From NCBI GenBank assembly GCA_030390025.1, contig JASTWF010000345.1, positions 248,001-312,000 on the forward strand: DNA of 64,000 bases, written 5' to 3'. The stretch is from Squalus acanthias (lineage: Eukaryota). The notes under the pieces were generated by a model that saw nothing but the letters and a program-made list of their open reading frames with translations, was not told where the DNA came from and made no database searches. A program made the translations under genes and the position numbers. Every line of letters starts with the position of its first letter. Position 1 is the first letter of the stretch. This document shows positions 1-11,610 of the stretch, piece by piece.

Positions 1-604
1 AGTCTGGTGAACCTTCACTGCACTCCCTCTATGGCAACTATATCCTTTCTTAGGTAAGGAGACCAAAACTGCACAATGTACTCCAGGTGTGGTCTCACCA
101 AGGCCCTGTATAACTGTAGTAAGACATCCTTGCTCCTGTACTCAAATCCTCTTGCAATGAAGACCAACATACCATTTGCCTTCCTAACTGCTTGCTGCAC
201 TTGCATGTTTGCTTTCAGTGACTGGTGTACAAGGACACCCAGGTCCCTCTGTACATCAACATTTCCCAATCTATCACCATTTAAATAATACTCTGCCTTT
301 CTGTTTTTCCTACCGAAGTGGATAACTTCACATTTATCCACGTTATACTGCATCTGCCATGTATTTGCCCACTCACTCAACTTGTCTAAATCGCCTTGAA
401 GCCTCTTTGCATCCTCTTCACAACTCACAATCCCACCTAGTTTTGTGTCGTCAGCAAACTTGGAAATATTACATTTGGTTCCCTCATCCAAATCATTGAT
501 ATATATTGTGAATAGCTGGGGCCCAAGAACTGATCCCTGCGGTACCCCACTAGTCACCGCCTGCCACCCCGAAAAAGACCCATTTATTCCTACTCTGTTT
601 CCTG
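1..604 (-). mobile_element. CR1-clade LINE, reverse transcriptase fragment (runs off the window start)
   Basis: Minus-strand translation has SGVPQGSVLGPQLFTIYINDLD, KFADDTKLGG and RPHLEY..QFWSP, typical CR1 ORF2 motifs. Joins the plus-strand CR1 at about 600 through a 'tctgc' microhomology. Confidence 0.95.
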
Positions 605-1950
605 TCTGCGGCCGCAGACGTGACTCTAGGATGGTATGTTGCCTCCCTGGTGCCAGGGTCAAGATGTCACTGAGCAGCTTCAGCACATTTTGAGGGGAGA
701 GGGTGAACAGCCAGCGGTCCATATAGGTACCAATGACATAGGTAGAAAGAAGGATGAGGTCCTGCAGGCAGATTTTAGGGAGCTAGGAAAGAGATTAATA
801 AGCAGGACCTCAAAGGTAGTAATTTCCGATTACTCCTGGTGTCACGTGCTAGTGAGTACAGAAATAGAAGGATACAGCAGATGAATGTGTGGCTGGAAAG
901 ATGGTGCAGGAGGGAGGACGTTAGATATCTGAGGCATTGGGACCAGTTCTGGGAGAGGTGGGACCTGTACAAGCTGGATGGGTTGCACCTCAACAGGGCT
1001 GGGACTAATATCCTCGTGGGGAGATTTGCTAGTGCTGTTGGGGAGGGTTTAAACTAGCTTGGCAGGGGGATGGGAACCTGAGTGTAGATTCAGAAGTGAG
1101 AGAAGCAAAGCCGGAAATGGAAGACAGAAAATTTGTAAGTGAGTTTGGAAGGTAGAGGAAACAAAGGCTAGAAAACAGACAATAAAGGAGTTTGGCAGTG
1201 CTTAATGGTATATATTTCAATGCAGCGAGTCTAGTGAATAAGGCAGATGAGCTGAGGGCACGGATAGATATGTGGAAGTATGATATCATAGCTATTACTG
1301 AAACATGGCTTAAAGTAGGGCAGGAATGGCAGCTCAACATTCCTGGTTACAGTGTTTTCAGACGAGATAGAGGGGGGATAAAAAAGGAGGGGGGTTGCAA
1401 TATTGGTTAAAGAAACAATTACAGCTGTGAGGAGGGATGATATGTTAGAAGGATCATCAAATGAGGCCATATGGGTTGAATTGAAGAACAAAAGTTGGGC
1501 AATCACACTGCTAGGAGTGTACTATAGATCCCAAATAGTCAGAGGAGCTAGAACTTGTTAAGCCAGTGCCCAGCAAGCCCAACGAGAGAGGGGGGAGTTC
1601 TGGACTTAGTTTTAGGGAATGAAGCTGGGTAGATGGAAGGATATCAGTGGGAGAATATTTTGGTGGTAGTGATCGTAATTCAGTTAGATTTAGCATAGTT
1701 ATGGAAAAGGACAAAGATAGACCAGGAGTAAAAGTTTTCGATTGGGGAAAGGCGAATTTTACTAAGCTGAGATGTGATTGAGCAAAAGTGGTCTGTAGAC
1801 AGCTACTTGAAGGTAAATCAGTGTTGGAGCAGTGGGAGGCATTCAAGGAAGAGATAGTGAGGGTTCAGAGAAAATATGTTCCCACAAAGAAAAATGGTGG
1901 AAGTCCCAAATCTAGAGCCCCCTGGATGTCAGGGAGCAAACAGGGTAGGA

Positions 1951-4550
1951 TAATCAAGGAGTCAATTACTGCTGTAAGGAGGGATGATATCTTAGCAGGT
2001 TCCTCTAATGAGGCCATATGGGTAGAACTTAAAAACAAAAAGGGGGCAAGCACATTGCTGGGAGTGTACTATAGGCCCCCAAACAGTCAGGGGGAGATAG
2101 AGGAACAGATATGTAGGCAAATCTCAGAGAAGTGTAGAAATAATAGGGTAATAATAGTAGGGGATTTCAACTTCCCCAATATTAACTGGGATAGTCAGAG
2201 TGTGAAAGGCTTAGAGGGTGCGGAATTCTTAAAGTGCATCCAGGAGAGCTTTTTGAGCCAGCATGTAGAAAGTGCCTACAAGAGAGGGGGCGGTACTGGA
2301 CCTAATTCTAGGGAATGTAGCCGGGCAAGTGGGAGAAGTGTCAGTAGGAGAGCATTTTGGTGACAGTGGCCATAATTCGGTGAGATTTAAGGTAGTCATG
2401 GAAAAGGACAAAGATGGACCGGAAATAAAGGTTCGAAATTGGGGGAAGACCGATTTTAATATGATAAGGCAGGATCTGGCCAAAATGGACTGGGATCAGC
2501 TACTTGAAGGAAAATCCACATCAGAGCAGTGGGAGTCTTTCAGAAAGGAAATAAAGAGAGTACAACGCCAACATGTTCCCGTAAAGGTCAAGGGTGGGAC
2601 GAACAAGCCCAGGGAACCCTGGAGGAGTATAGAAAGTGCAGGGGGATACTTAAAAAAGAAATTAGGAGAGCGAAGAGGGGGCATGAAAAAACACTGGCGG
2701 GCAAAATAAAGGAAAATCCCAAGGTGTTTTATAAGTATATTAAGGGCAAGAGGATAACCAGGGAAAGAGTAGGGCCCATTAGGGACCAAAGTGGCAATCT
2801 GTGTATAGAGCCGGAAGATGTGGGTGAGGTTTTAAATGGATATTTTGCATCTGTGTTCACTATGGAGAAGGACGATGTAGGCATAGAAATCAGGCAGGGG
2901 GATTGTGATATACTTGAACAAATTAGTATTGAGAGGGAGGAGGTACTAACGGTTTTAGTGGGCTTAAAAGTGGATAAATCCCCAGGCCCTGACGGGATGT
3001 ATCCCAGGCTGCTGTGTGAGGCAAGGGAGGAGATCGCAGGGGCTCTGACACAAATTTTCAGAACCTCTCTGGCCACAGGGGAGGTGCCAGAGGACTGGAG
3101 AACAGCTAACGTAATACCATTGTTCAAGAAGGGTAGTAGGGATAAACCAGGGAATTACAGGCCAGTGAGCCTAACATCAGTGATAGGGAAATTATTGGAA
3201 AAAATTCTGAGGGACAGAATTAGTCTCCACTTGGAGAGGCAGGGATTAATCAGGGATAGTCAGCATGGCTTTATCAGGGGGAGATCATGTCTGACCAATT
3301 TGATTGAATTTTTCGAGGGGGTGACTAGGTGTGTGGATGAGGGTAGTGCAGTTGATGTAGTCTACATGGACTTCAGTAAGGCTTTTGACAAAGTCCCACA
3401 CGGGAGACTGGTCAAGAAGTTAAGAGCCCATGGGATCCAGGGCAATTTGGCACATTGGATCCAAAATTGGCTTAGTGGCAGGAGGCAGAGGGTGATGGTC
3501 GAAGGTTGTTTTTGTGACTGGAAGCCTGTGTCCAGTGGTGTACTGCAAGGATTGGTGCTGGGCCCTTTGTTGTTTGTAGTGTACATTAATGATTTAGATA
3601 TGAATGTAGGAGGTATGATCAGTAAGTTCGCAGATGACACGAAAATTGGTGGAGTGGTAAATAGTGAGGTGGGAAGCCTCAGACTACAGGACGATATAGA
3701 CGGGATGGTTAGATGGGCAGAACAGTGGCAAATGGAATTTAACCCTGAAAAGTGTGAGGTGATGCATTTTGGGAGGACTAACAAGGCAAGGGAATACACA
3801 ATGAATGGTAGGATCCTAGGAAGGACAGAGGATCAGAGGGACCTTGGTGTGCATGTACATAGATCCCTGAAGGCAGCAGAACAGGGTAGATAAGGTGGTT
3901 AAAAAGGCATATGGGATACTTGCCTTCATTAGCCGAGGCATAGAATATAAGAGCAGGGAGGTATGATGGAGCTGTACAAAACGCTAGTTAGGCCACAGCT
4001 GGAATACTGTGTGCAGTTCTGATCGCCACACTATAGGAAGGATGTGATTGCATTGGAGAGGGTGCAGAGGCAATTCACCAGGATGTTACCTGGGCTGGAG
4101 CGTTTCAGCTATGAAGAGAGACTGGACATGCTGGGGTTGTTTTCCTTAGAGCAGAGAAGGCTGAGGGGGGACCTGATTGAGGTGTACAAAATTATGAGGG
4201 GCATAGATAGGGTAGATAGAAAGGAACTTTTCCCCTTAGTAGAGGGGTCAATAACCAGGGGGCATAGTTTCAAGGTAAGGGGCAGGATGTTTAGAGGGGA
4301 TTTGAGGAAAAACTTTTTCACCCAGAGGGTGGTTGGAATCTGGAACTCACTGCCTGAAAGGGTGGTAGAGGCAGGAACCCTCACAACATTCAAGAAGCAT
4401 TTAGATGAGCACTTGAAACGCCATAGCATACAAGGCTACAGACCAAGTGCTGGAAAATGGGATTAGAATAGACAGGGCTTGATGGCCGGCGCGGACACGA
4501 TGGGCCGAAGGGCCTCTTTCTGTGCTGTATAACTCTATGACTATGACTCT
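1951..4550 (+). mobile_element. 5'-truncated CR1 LINE nested in the host CR1
   Basis: APE-RT ORF pieces (GDFNFP, KSPGPDG, YMDFSKAFDKVPH, KFADD) and an 'actctatgactatgactct' tail. The host sequence cagggtaggataa|ggcaaaaaaaggg rejoins across it. Confidence 0.93.
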
Positions 4551-4831
4551 AAGGCAAAAAAAGGGAAGCTTTTGTCAGATACCGAGAGCTCAATACTGTA
4601 GAAAGCCTAGAGTATAGAAAGTGCAGGGGTGAAATGAAAAAGGAAATTAAGAAAGCAAAGAGAGGGCACGAAAAAATATTGGCAAATAAAATCAAGGAAA
4701 ACCCAAAGATGTTTTATAAATCCATAAAGAGCAAGAGGATAACTAAGGAAAGAGTAGGGCCCATTAGAGACGAAAATGGTAACCTGTGCCTGGAGGTGGA
4801 AGATGTGGGTATGTTTCTTAATGAATACTTT

Positions 4832-5664
4832 GGGCAGAATTTTCATTGAGCCGTGGAGGCGGGTTTGGAGGCGGGACTGGATTGAAAATAGCTGAATCGG
4901 GGGTCCTGACTCCATCCCGCCCCCAACCCGCCTCCATGCCAGTTTCGCTGGAGGCGGGTACCCGACCTGTGCTGGGACCCGCCTCCCCGAGGCGGGACGG
5001 GGATTAGTGGCAATAAACTGCCTGTTAACAGGCAGTTTTTTGGCTAATCCCTATTTTTATGCCTGAAATGTGGGCTCTCCGACAGGTCCCAACCACGCCG
5101 TTTCAGCGAGGCAAACCATGGGTCTGCAGGGGTTGGAGGGATCGATATGTCCGGTGGGCAGGTGAGTGATGGGTGCATGTGTGCAGAGGTAAGTGTGTAA
5201 GGTAAGTGTAAAGTGTGGAAAAAAGTTTTACTTACCTTAACTTCCTCCTGCAGTTGTCAGCCCTTCAGGTCTCGGGAGTCAGAAATCTCACCAGCACAGA
5301 AAGCAGAATGGCTGTTGAGCTGTCAAAAGCTGCAGCCTTTGCTTTTTGTTCTGCAGAGATCTCTAAATCAACCTGAGAGGAAGGAATTAACTTAGAGTAT
5401 AGATTGTCAGTGTTTGACAGCTTCAAGGAGCTGTCAAACGCTGATATTTCATCTGTCAAAAGCTCTTGACAGATGAAATGTCAAACTGTGACGTCACCTG
5501 TTGCCGGGTGGCCCTTAATTGGCCTGCTGAGCCCGCTGGGTGGGCTCAACAAGGTCAATCAAGTGAAAATACAGTGGGTTCACCACAAGTCGATGGAGGT
5601 GGGACTACAACCCAAAAAGTGGGAGTTCCGCCTCCATCCAGTCCCCAGTTTCAAAATCCAGCCC
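4832..5664. mobile_element. Non-autonomous PIF/Harbinger-type DNA transposon (MITE), copy 1
   Basis: TIRs gggcagaatttt / aaaatccagccc; 3-bp TSD TTT (4829-4831, 5665-5667). Interrupts the CR1 ORF2 cleanly. Homologous to 8862-9559 and 38981-39807. Confidence 0.9.
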
Positions 5665-5809
5665 TTTGTGTCTGATTTCACAAAAGAGGGGAGCGATTCA
5701 GACATTATAGTTAAGGAGGAGGAGTGTGAAATATTAGATGAGATAAACATAGTGAGAGAGGAAATATTAAGGGGTTTAGCATCTAAGAAAGTAGATACAT
5801 CGCCAGGCC

Positions 5810-6865
5810 TGGAGTCATACCTAGCACAAAGGAAGATCGTTGTGGTTGTTGGAGGTCAATCATTTCAGCCCCAGGACATCACTGCAGGAGTTCCTCAAGG
5901 CAGCGTCCTAGACCCAACCATCTTCAACTGCTTCATCAATGACCTTCCCTCCATCATAAAAGGTCAGAAGTGGGGATGTTCACTGATGACTGCACAGTTT
6001 TCAGTTCCATTTGCAACTCCTCAGATAATGAAGCAGTCCATGCCCTCATGCAGCAAGACCTGGACAACATTCAGGCTTGGGCTGCTAAGTGGCAAGTAAC
6101 ATTCGCACCACACATGTGCCAGGCGATCACTATCTCCACCAAGCGAGAGTCTAACTGCCTCCCCTTGACATTCAATGACATTACCATTGCCAAATCCCCC
6201 ACCATCAACATCCTGGGGGTCACCATTGACAGGAAACTTAACAGGACCAGCCACATGAATACTGTGGCTACAAGTGCAGGTCAGACGCTGGGTATTCTGC
6301 GATGAGTGTCTCACCTCCTGATTCTCCAAAGCTATTCCACCATCTACAATGCACAAGTCAGAAGTGTGATGGAATACTCTCAACTTGCCTGGATGAGTGC
6401 AGCTCCAACAACACTCAAGAAGCTCGACACCATCCAGGACAAAGCAGCCTACTTGATTGGTACCCCATCCACCACCTTAAACATTCACTCCCTCCGCCAC
6501 CGGCATACCATGGCTGCAGTGTGTACCATCTACAAAATGCACTGCAGCAACTCGTCAAGGCTTCTTCGTCAGCACCTCCCAAACCAGTGACCTAGAAGGA
6601 CAAGGGCGGCAGGCGCATGGGAACACCATCACCTCCAAGTTCCCCTCCAAGTTACTCACCATCCTGACTTGGAGAAATATATCGCTGTTCCTTTATCGTT
6701 ACTGGGTCAAAATCCTGGACCTCCCTCACGAACAGCACTATGGGAGTACCTTCACCACGGTTCAAGAAAGCTGCTCACCATCACCTTCTCAAGAGCAATT
6801 CGGGATGGCCAATAAATGCTGGCCTTGCCAGTGACGCCCACATCCCAGGAATGAATTAAAAAAAT
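5810..6865 (+). mobile_element. 3' fragment of the tRNA-headed LINE family (same family as 12090-15509)
   Basis: Highly similar to about 14170-15509 (GVPQGSVL, LDTIQDKAA, YKMHCSNS) with the same 3' end aataaatgctggccttgccag...gaatgaattaaaaaaa. The host CR1 resumes at atgtatcccagg. Confidence 0.92.
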
Positions 6866-8802
6866 GTATCCCAGGCTGTTAAGAGAAACAATGGAGGAAA
6901 TAGCCGAGGCTCTGACTTCATTTTCCAATCCTTTCTGGCTACAAGCATGGTTAGGGTAGTGCGTTTGATGTAGTCTACATGGATTCTAGCAAGGCTTTTT
7001 TGTGACTGGAGGGCCGTTTCCAGGGGCATTCCGTAGGGCTCAGTATATCAATGATTTAGACTTCAATGAAGGGGGCATGATTAAGAAGTTTGCAGATGAT
7101 ACAAAAATTGGCCGTGTGGTTGATCGTGAGGAAGAAAGCTGTGGACTGCAGGAAGGTATCGATGGACTGGTCAGGTGGGCAGCAAAGTGGCAAAGGCAAT
7201 TCAATCCAGAGAAGTGTGAGGTAATGTATTTGTGGAGGGCTAATGAGGCAAGGGAATACACAATAAATGGTAGGATGCTGAGAAGTGTAGAGGAATAGAG
7301 GGACCTTGGACTCCATGTCCACAGATCCCTGAAGGTAGCAGGACAGGTCGATAAGGTGGTTAAGAAGGCATATAGGATGCTTTCCTTTATTAGCCAAGGC
7401 ATAGAATATAAGAGCAAGGCGATTATGCTAGAACTGTATAAAACACTAGATAGGCCACAGCTAGAGTACTGTGTACAGTTCTGGTCACCACAGTACACTA
7501 TAGAAGGTACAGATGTGATTTACGAGGATGTTGCCAGGACTGGAGAATTTTAGCTATGAGGAAAGATTGGATAAGCTGTTTTCTTTGGAACAGAGATTTA
7601 ATTGAGGTGTACAAAATTATGAGGGGCCTAGATAAAGTGGATAGGAAGGACCTATTTCCCTTAGCAGAGTGGTCAATAAACAGGGGGCATAAATTTTTAA
7701 GTAATTGGTAGAAGGATTAGGAGGAAGTTGAGGAGAAAGGGTGGTGGGGGGTCTGGAACTCACTGCCTGAAAGCGTGGTACAGGCAGAAACCCTCAAAGC
7801 ATTTAAAAAGTACTTGTATATGCACTTGAAGTGCCATAACCTACAGGGCTACGTACCTAGAGCTGGAAAATGGGATTAGGCGGAATAGCTCTTTTTCAGC
7901 TGGCACAGACACAATGGACCGAATGGCCTCCTTCTGTGCTGTAAACTTCTATGATTCTATGATGATTCTATTTGTGGAAATTTACTGAATGCTGATTCCT
8001 TCCTTTCTTTATCATTATCAGTCATTATCAGTTATTATATCCTTTGAAATGTTTCTAGTGTGGAAACTCCATTGCCCAATCATAATTTTCTCATATTGGT
8101 TATGGTTATTTTCTAAGTTTGGTCTTTGTCAGGAAAGGTCCCTGGTGTTTGGGATTTCTGTGGCAATCCACCATTTCCTTTACTTTCTTTCCCTTTCCTC
8201 CTAGTTATGACATTACCCTTTATTATATGTTTAAATGTGTACAGTCTGTCACTAATTCTTGTCAAGGTGAAATACAACTTAAAAAATAAACATTAAAGAA
8301 AAAAATGATCATCCACCTGAGTCTGTGCTTTAATGCAAGAGACTCAGACAGTAATTGCTCCAGTTTGGCAGCACAGGACAGCGCAGACTTGGGCTACCAA
8401 AGATCTGATGAAAGTTGAGAAAATAGTATTTCAAATATTTCTTTGCGGATGTACCAGGTAGCTGGATGCTGCCAGCATTTCTTGGCTGGATTGCACACTG
8501 CTTCATTCACAGAGAAAGCAGAACACTCATTAACTGAAGAATTTGGAAGAAACTGAAAATATGTGTGGAAATCACAGGAACTTCAGCCACAAGCTCTATA
8601 GGTGTCATGTTTCTTTTATAATATTGTCCACATTTTTTCACTATTTTCCTCCCGGTATAATGTGCAGTTCCATGACCAAGCTTCTCTGTATGCTGCTCCA
8701 GAGCCAAATACCAAGGATGACTCAAAAGGAACAAATTGAAATAAAAACTGAAAATGCTGGAAATACTCAGCAGGTCAGGCAGCATCTGTGGAGAGAGAAA
8801 CA

Positions 8803-8839
8803 GAGTTAACGTTTCAGGTCGATGACCCTTCGTCAGAAC
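8803..8839 (-). ncRNA. Minimal type I hammerhead ribozyme motif
   Basis: Minus strand reads gtt-CTGACGA-a-gggtc-atc-gacct-GAAA-CG-TT-aac: intact core, helix II, short helix I (gtt/aac) and a palindromic ACGT helix III. Confidence 0.75.
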
Positions 8840-8861
8840 ATCGACCTGAAACGTTAACTCT

Positions 8862-9559
8862 GGGCTGGATTTTGCCAGCCCTGGGGAGGCGGGTTTGGAG
8901 GTGGGACTGCCGGGAAAATGGCAGAATCTGTGGGCGGGTGCCCATGCCATCTTGCCAGGAGGTGGGTAGCCGTCCCGCGCCAGGTCCCATCTCCTTGGAG
9001 GCAGGAAGGGATTACAGCCACTTAACTGCCTTTTTGCAGGGGTCGGAGGGGTGCAAAAGTGTGCTGTGGAGGTAAGTGATGGGTGCAAGTGTGGAGAGGT
9101 GAGTATGTGAGCTAAGTGGAAAGGGATAGAAAAAGTTTACTTACCTTTGTTTCTTCCTGCAGGCTTCAATCGGTGGGTATGTGGAGAGTCTCGCACCTCT
9201 ACGGCAGAGATGACAGATGGTTGTTGCATTGGAGAATTTCTGCAAAAGAAAGAGGTTTGATGAGTTCTTGAATTCAAGAACTCATCAAACTACAGAGAAT
9301 GTCAGTGTTTGACAGCTTCACAGAGCTGTCAAACGATGACAATTCATCTGTCAAAAGTTTTTGACAGATGAAACGTCATACGTTGACATTCTCTGTAACC
9401 AGCTTTCCCTTAATTGGCCTGCTAAGCCCGCTGGGCGGGCTTAACAAGGTCAATCAAGGGAAAATAGCATGGGTTGGCCAGAAGTTGATGGAGGCGGGAC
9501 TGAAACCCGACAAGTGGGAGTCCCGCCTCCAAAAGCTCCCCATTGGTAAAATCCAGCCC
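8862..9559. mobile_element. Harbinger-type MITE, copy 2
   Basis: Perfect 12-bp TIR gggctggatttt / aaaatccagccc; TSD TCT (8859-8861, 9560-9562). Confidence 0.92.
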
Positions 9560-10036
9560 TCTGTTTCTCTCTCCACAGATGCTGTCTGACCTGCTGAGTA
9601 TTTCCAGCATTTTCTGTTTTTATTTCAGATTTCCAGCATCCGCAGTATTTTGCTTTTGTATTAAGGAACAAATTGAGATAGCCTCCATACATTTTGCTTC
9701 TACTGAGCACCACTCCAGTAGTCCAACTGAAATAGAGGCTCAATGGCCAAGGGGAGCATGGAACCAATGCTGAAGTTGCGATGTTGGAATGCCATGGGGA
9801 GGTTTTGGTCTCTCTGTCACCCCATTTTCCAGCAGGAATGGGGCGGGAGCGAGACCAAAATTGAAAAAAAACTTACCATCTCATCTGGCGTAGATTTGCA
9901 TATGAATATAATGGGCACAGCACAGCAACCTCACCTGATTTCAACATAGCTGAGGAGTTTGAGTACTGAAGAGTCTGCAAACTTTTTTTGCCCGATTCCT
10001 GTAGTTTGCTTGCAAATTTCCAGCAATTTTTGAGTA

Positions 10037-10100
10037 GAATCATAGAAAGTTATGGCACAGAAGGAGGCCATTTGACCCATCATGTCTGTGCCGACAGCCT
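10037..10100 (-). repeat. CR1 3' tail remnant
   Basis: agaatcatagaaagttatggcacagaaggaggccatt matches the reverse complement of CR1 3' ends elsewhere in the window. Confidence 0.7.
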
Positions 10101-10551
10101 GGGTCCCAGAACTGTGAGGTCCTTAGCCACCTTCTACTCAGCCTCTGTGGAGAAGTGGCCACATCCTCCCCCACTTGCCACTCCTCCGGGCTAAGCGTGC
10201 TTCGCGTCTCACCCTGTGAGCTTTCCTGACTCCGGCTAAATAGCTTCCTGCGGTGCCAGTTTCTGTGCTGGTTTCTGGAAATGGTGAGATAAGTCACACA
10301 GGGGTTAAGACCGAGGGGCTTGGGATTCAAAGATGGCATGTTCTCAGAGCAAGACAAAAGTATCAGGCCCTGGTCTTTTGCAGCCTCCTCATCATCCTTT
10401 TTATCCAGGCCTTCAGACTTCAGGGACCCAGACTAAATATGCACTTGTCTCAAAAGAACCATGTACCAGTAACATGAGAGGTTTGTGAGTGCTCAGAAGA
10501 TGATCTTCTGTAGCCACTGCAACACCACAGCCCAGGAGTTGGATGGCTTTG

Positions 10552-10615
10552 TCATAAAATCATAGAATCATAGAAATATACAGCACTGAGGAGGCCATTC
10601 GATCCATCGTGTCTG
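10552..10615 (-). repeat. CR1 3' tail remnant
   Basis: (atcataga)n repeat followed by cagcactgaggaggccattcg. Confidence 0.7.
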
Positions 10616-10768
10616 GGCCTAAATGTTGTCACACAACAAAAAGAGCGGATGTAGGTGGTATATATCATGCAGAAGATGTCTCCTCCCCAGCAGATTAAAC
10701 ACTGGCACTATTGACATAATTGAGAGGTCGCACAACACCAGGTTATAGTCCAACAGTTTTATTTTAAA

Positions 10769-10806
10769 TCACAAGCTTTCGGAGTTAAAACTCCTTCGTC
10801 GGGTGA
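10769..10806 (-). ncRNA. Minimal hammerhead motif with variant core (CCGACGA)
   Basis: Minus strand reads tcac-CCGACGA-a-ggagtt-tt-aactcc-GAAA-GC-TT-gtga: perfect helices I and II, U4->C change in the core. Confidence 0.65.
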
Positions 10807-11116
10807 AGTGAGGAGATACAGAATCGTCAAAGCATATATAGATAGAGAACAAAGCATGTGTAACTTACAATTGCAGACAACTGAATTCAATCATCCTGAC
10901 TGTTTATCTGCCGAGGTGTGATAAAGTTAATCAGGTCAGCCAGGAAGGTACCACATCAAAGACATAGCAAGATACAACTGAGACAATGAGGTGGAATCGC
11001 ATGGGGTCGAACGTGTCAAAAGCTGCCGTCTGTATGTAAAACGATTAACTTTAAAATTTTTACTTTTTTACTGGGAATCACATCTGTGAACAAGCCAACG
11101 ACGACTCGAGTCCGGA

Positions 11117-11375
11117 TCACGTCATGTATCGTGACATAAACCCAAGATCCCGATTGAGACCGTCTTCATGAGTGCGGAACTTGGCTATCAGTTTCTGCTC
11201 GATGATTTTGCGTTGTCGTGTTTTCCTAAGGTCGCCTTGGAGAACGCTTACCCGCAGATCCGAGGCTGAATGTCCTTGACTGCTGAAGTGTTCCCCGACT
11301 GGGAGGTAACAATCCTGCCTGGCGATTGTTGCGCGGTGCTCGTTCATATGTTGTCTCAGTGTCTGCATGGTCTCG
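11117..11375 (-). pseudogene. Penelope GIY-YIG endonuclease C-terminal fragment
   Basis: ETMQTLRQHMNEHR...PVGEHF...H...EQKLIAKFRTHEDGLN matches the pattern of PLE GIY-YIG domains (T..L..R..EH, V..HF, E..I, GLN). Confidence 0.88.
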
Positions 11376-11444
11376 CATGGTCTCAATTTTGTCCACCCCA
11401 GTCCAACACCGGCATCTCCGCATCATGACCACTATTGACATATA

Positions 11445-11610
11445 CATTTGTTAGTATGTTAGAGTGTCGATTTTCAGGTCCCCTCCCATCAATACTTCGG
11501 CAGATTTGCATGAACAGGGGTGGAAAATAACCCAAATGTGAGTGAGAGTATATTAGCAGCCTAAAAATGAGGGGAAATACAACCTCTGCTTTATTTCCTG
11601 CCATATGATC
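11445..11610. repeat. First of two adjacent homologous segments (second: about 11970-12089 plus 15515-15555), probably ends of related MITEs
   Basis: Shared blocks gagtgtYgattttcagg, tggaaaataacccaaatgtg, agtatattagcagc, ggaaataca and tgctttatttcc.gccatat. The second copy is split by the 12090-15509 LINE. Confidence 0.7.

Larger units (their letters stand above)
600..7970 (+). mobile_element. Decayed host CR1 LINE (ORF1 esterase part, ORF2 with deletions, 3' tail) interrupted by three insertions
   Basis: ORF1 SGNH-esterase motifs (CLPGA, HIGTND, DGLHLN) at 600-1057; APE start (YFNAASL, ITETW) from about 1200. The element resumes across insertions at 4551, 5665 and about 6865 and ends in a (ctatgatt)n-type tail at about 7950-7970. 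Confidence 0.9.
8740..9662. mobile_element. Penelope-type fold-back mini-element (inverted pLTR arms), interrupted by a MITE
   Basis: 14-bp TSD aaggaacaaattga (8726-8739, 9663-9676). Left arm 8740-8839 is the reverse complement of 8840-8861 plus 9563-9624. Contains a hammerhead core. Confidence 0.8.
10719..11429 (-). mobile_element. Penelope-like retroelement, 3' fragment with inverted tail
   Basis: 13-bp TSD cactattgacata (10706-10718, 11430-11442). GIY-YIG C-terminal ORF and pLTR on the minus strand; the last ~50 bp (about 11381-11429) continue the pLTR in the opposite orientation. Confidence 0.88.

Noticed and set aside
15..722. 235-aa ORF as a single gene
   Set aside because: Chimeric: the N-terminus is antisense of a CR1 ORF1 and the rest is the RT of a different CR1.
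2729..4429. Antisense ORFs over CR1 copies (also at 47725-49061, 55075-55986 and others)
   Set aside because: Shadow frames of LINE ORF2, repeated wherever the LINE is repeated.
8367..8384. cagcacaggacagcgc resembling a REST/RE1 site
   Set aside because: Two bases shorter than the canonical half-site spacing; could be chance.
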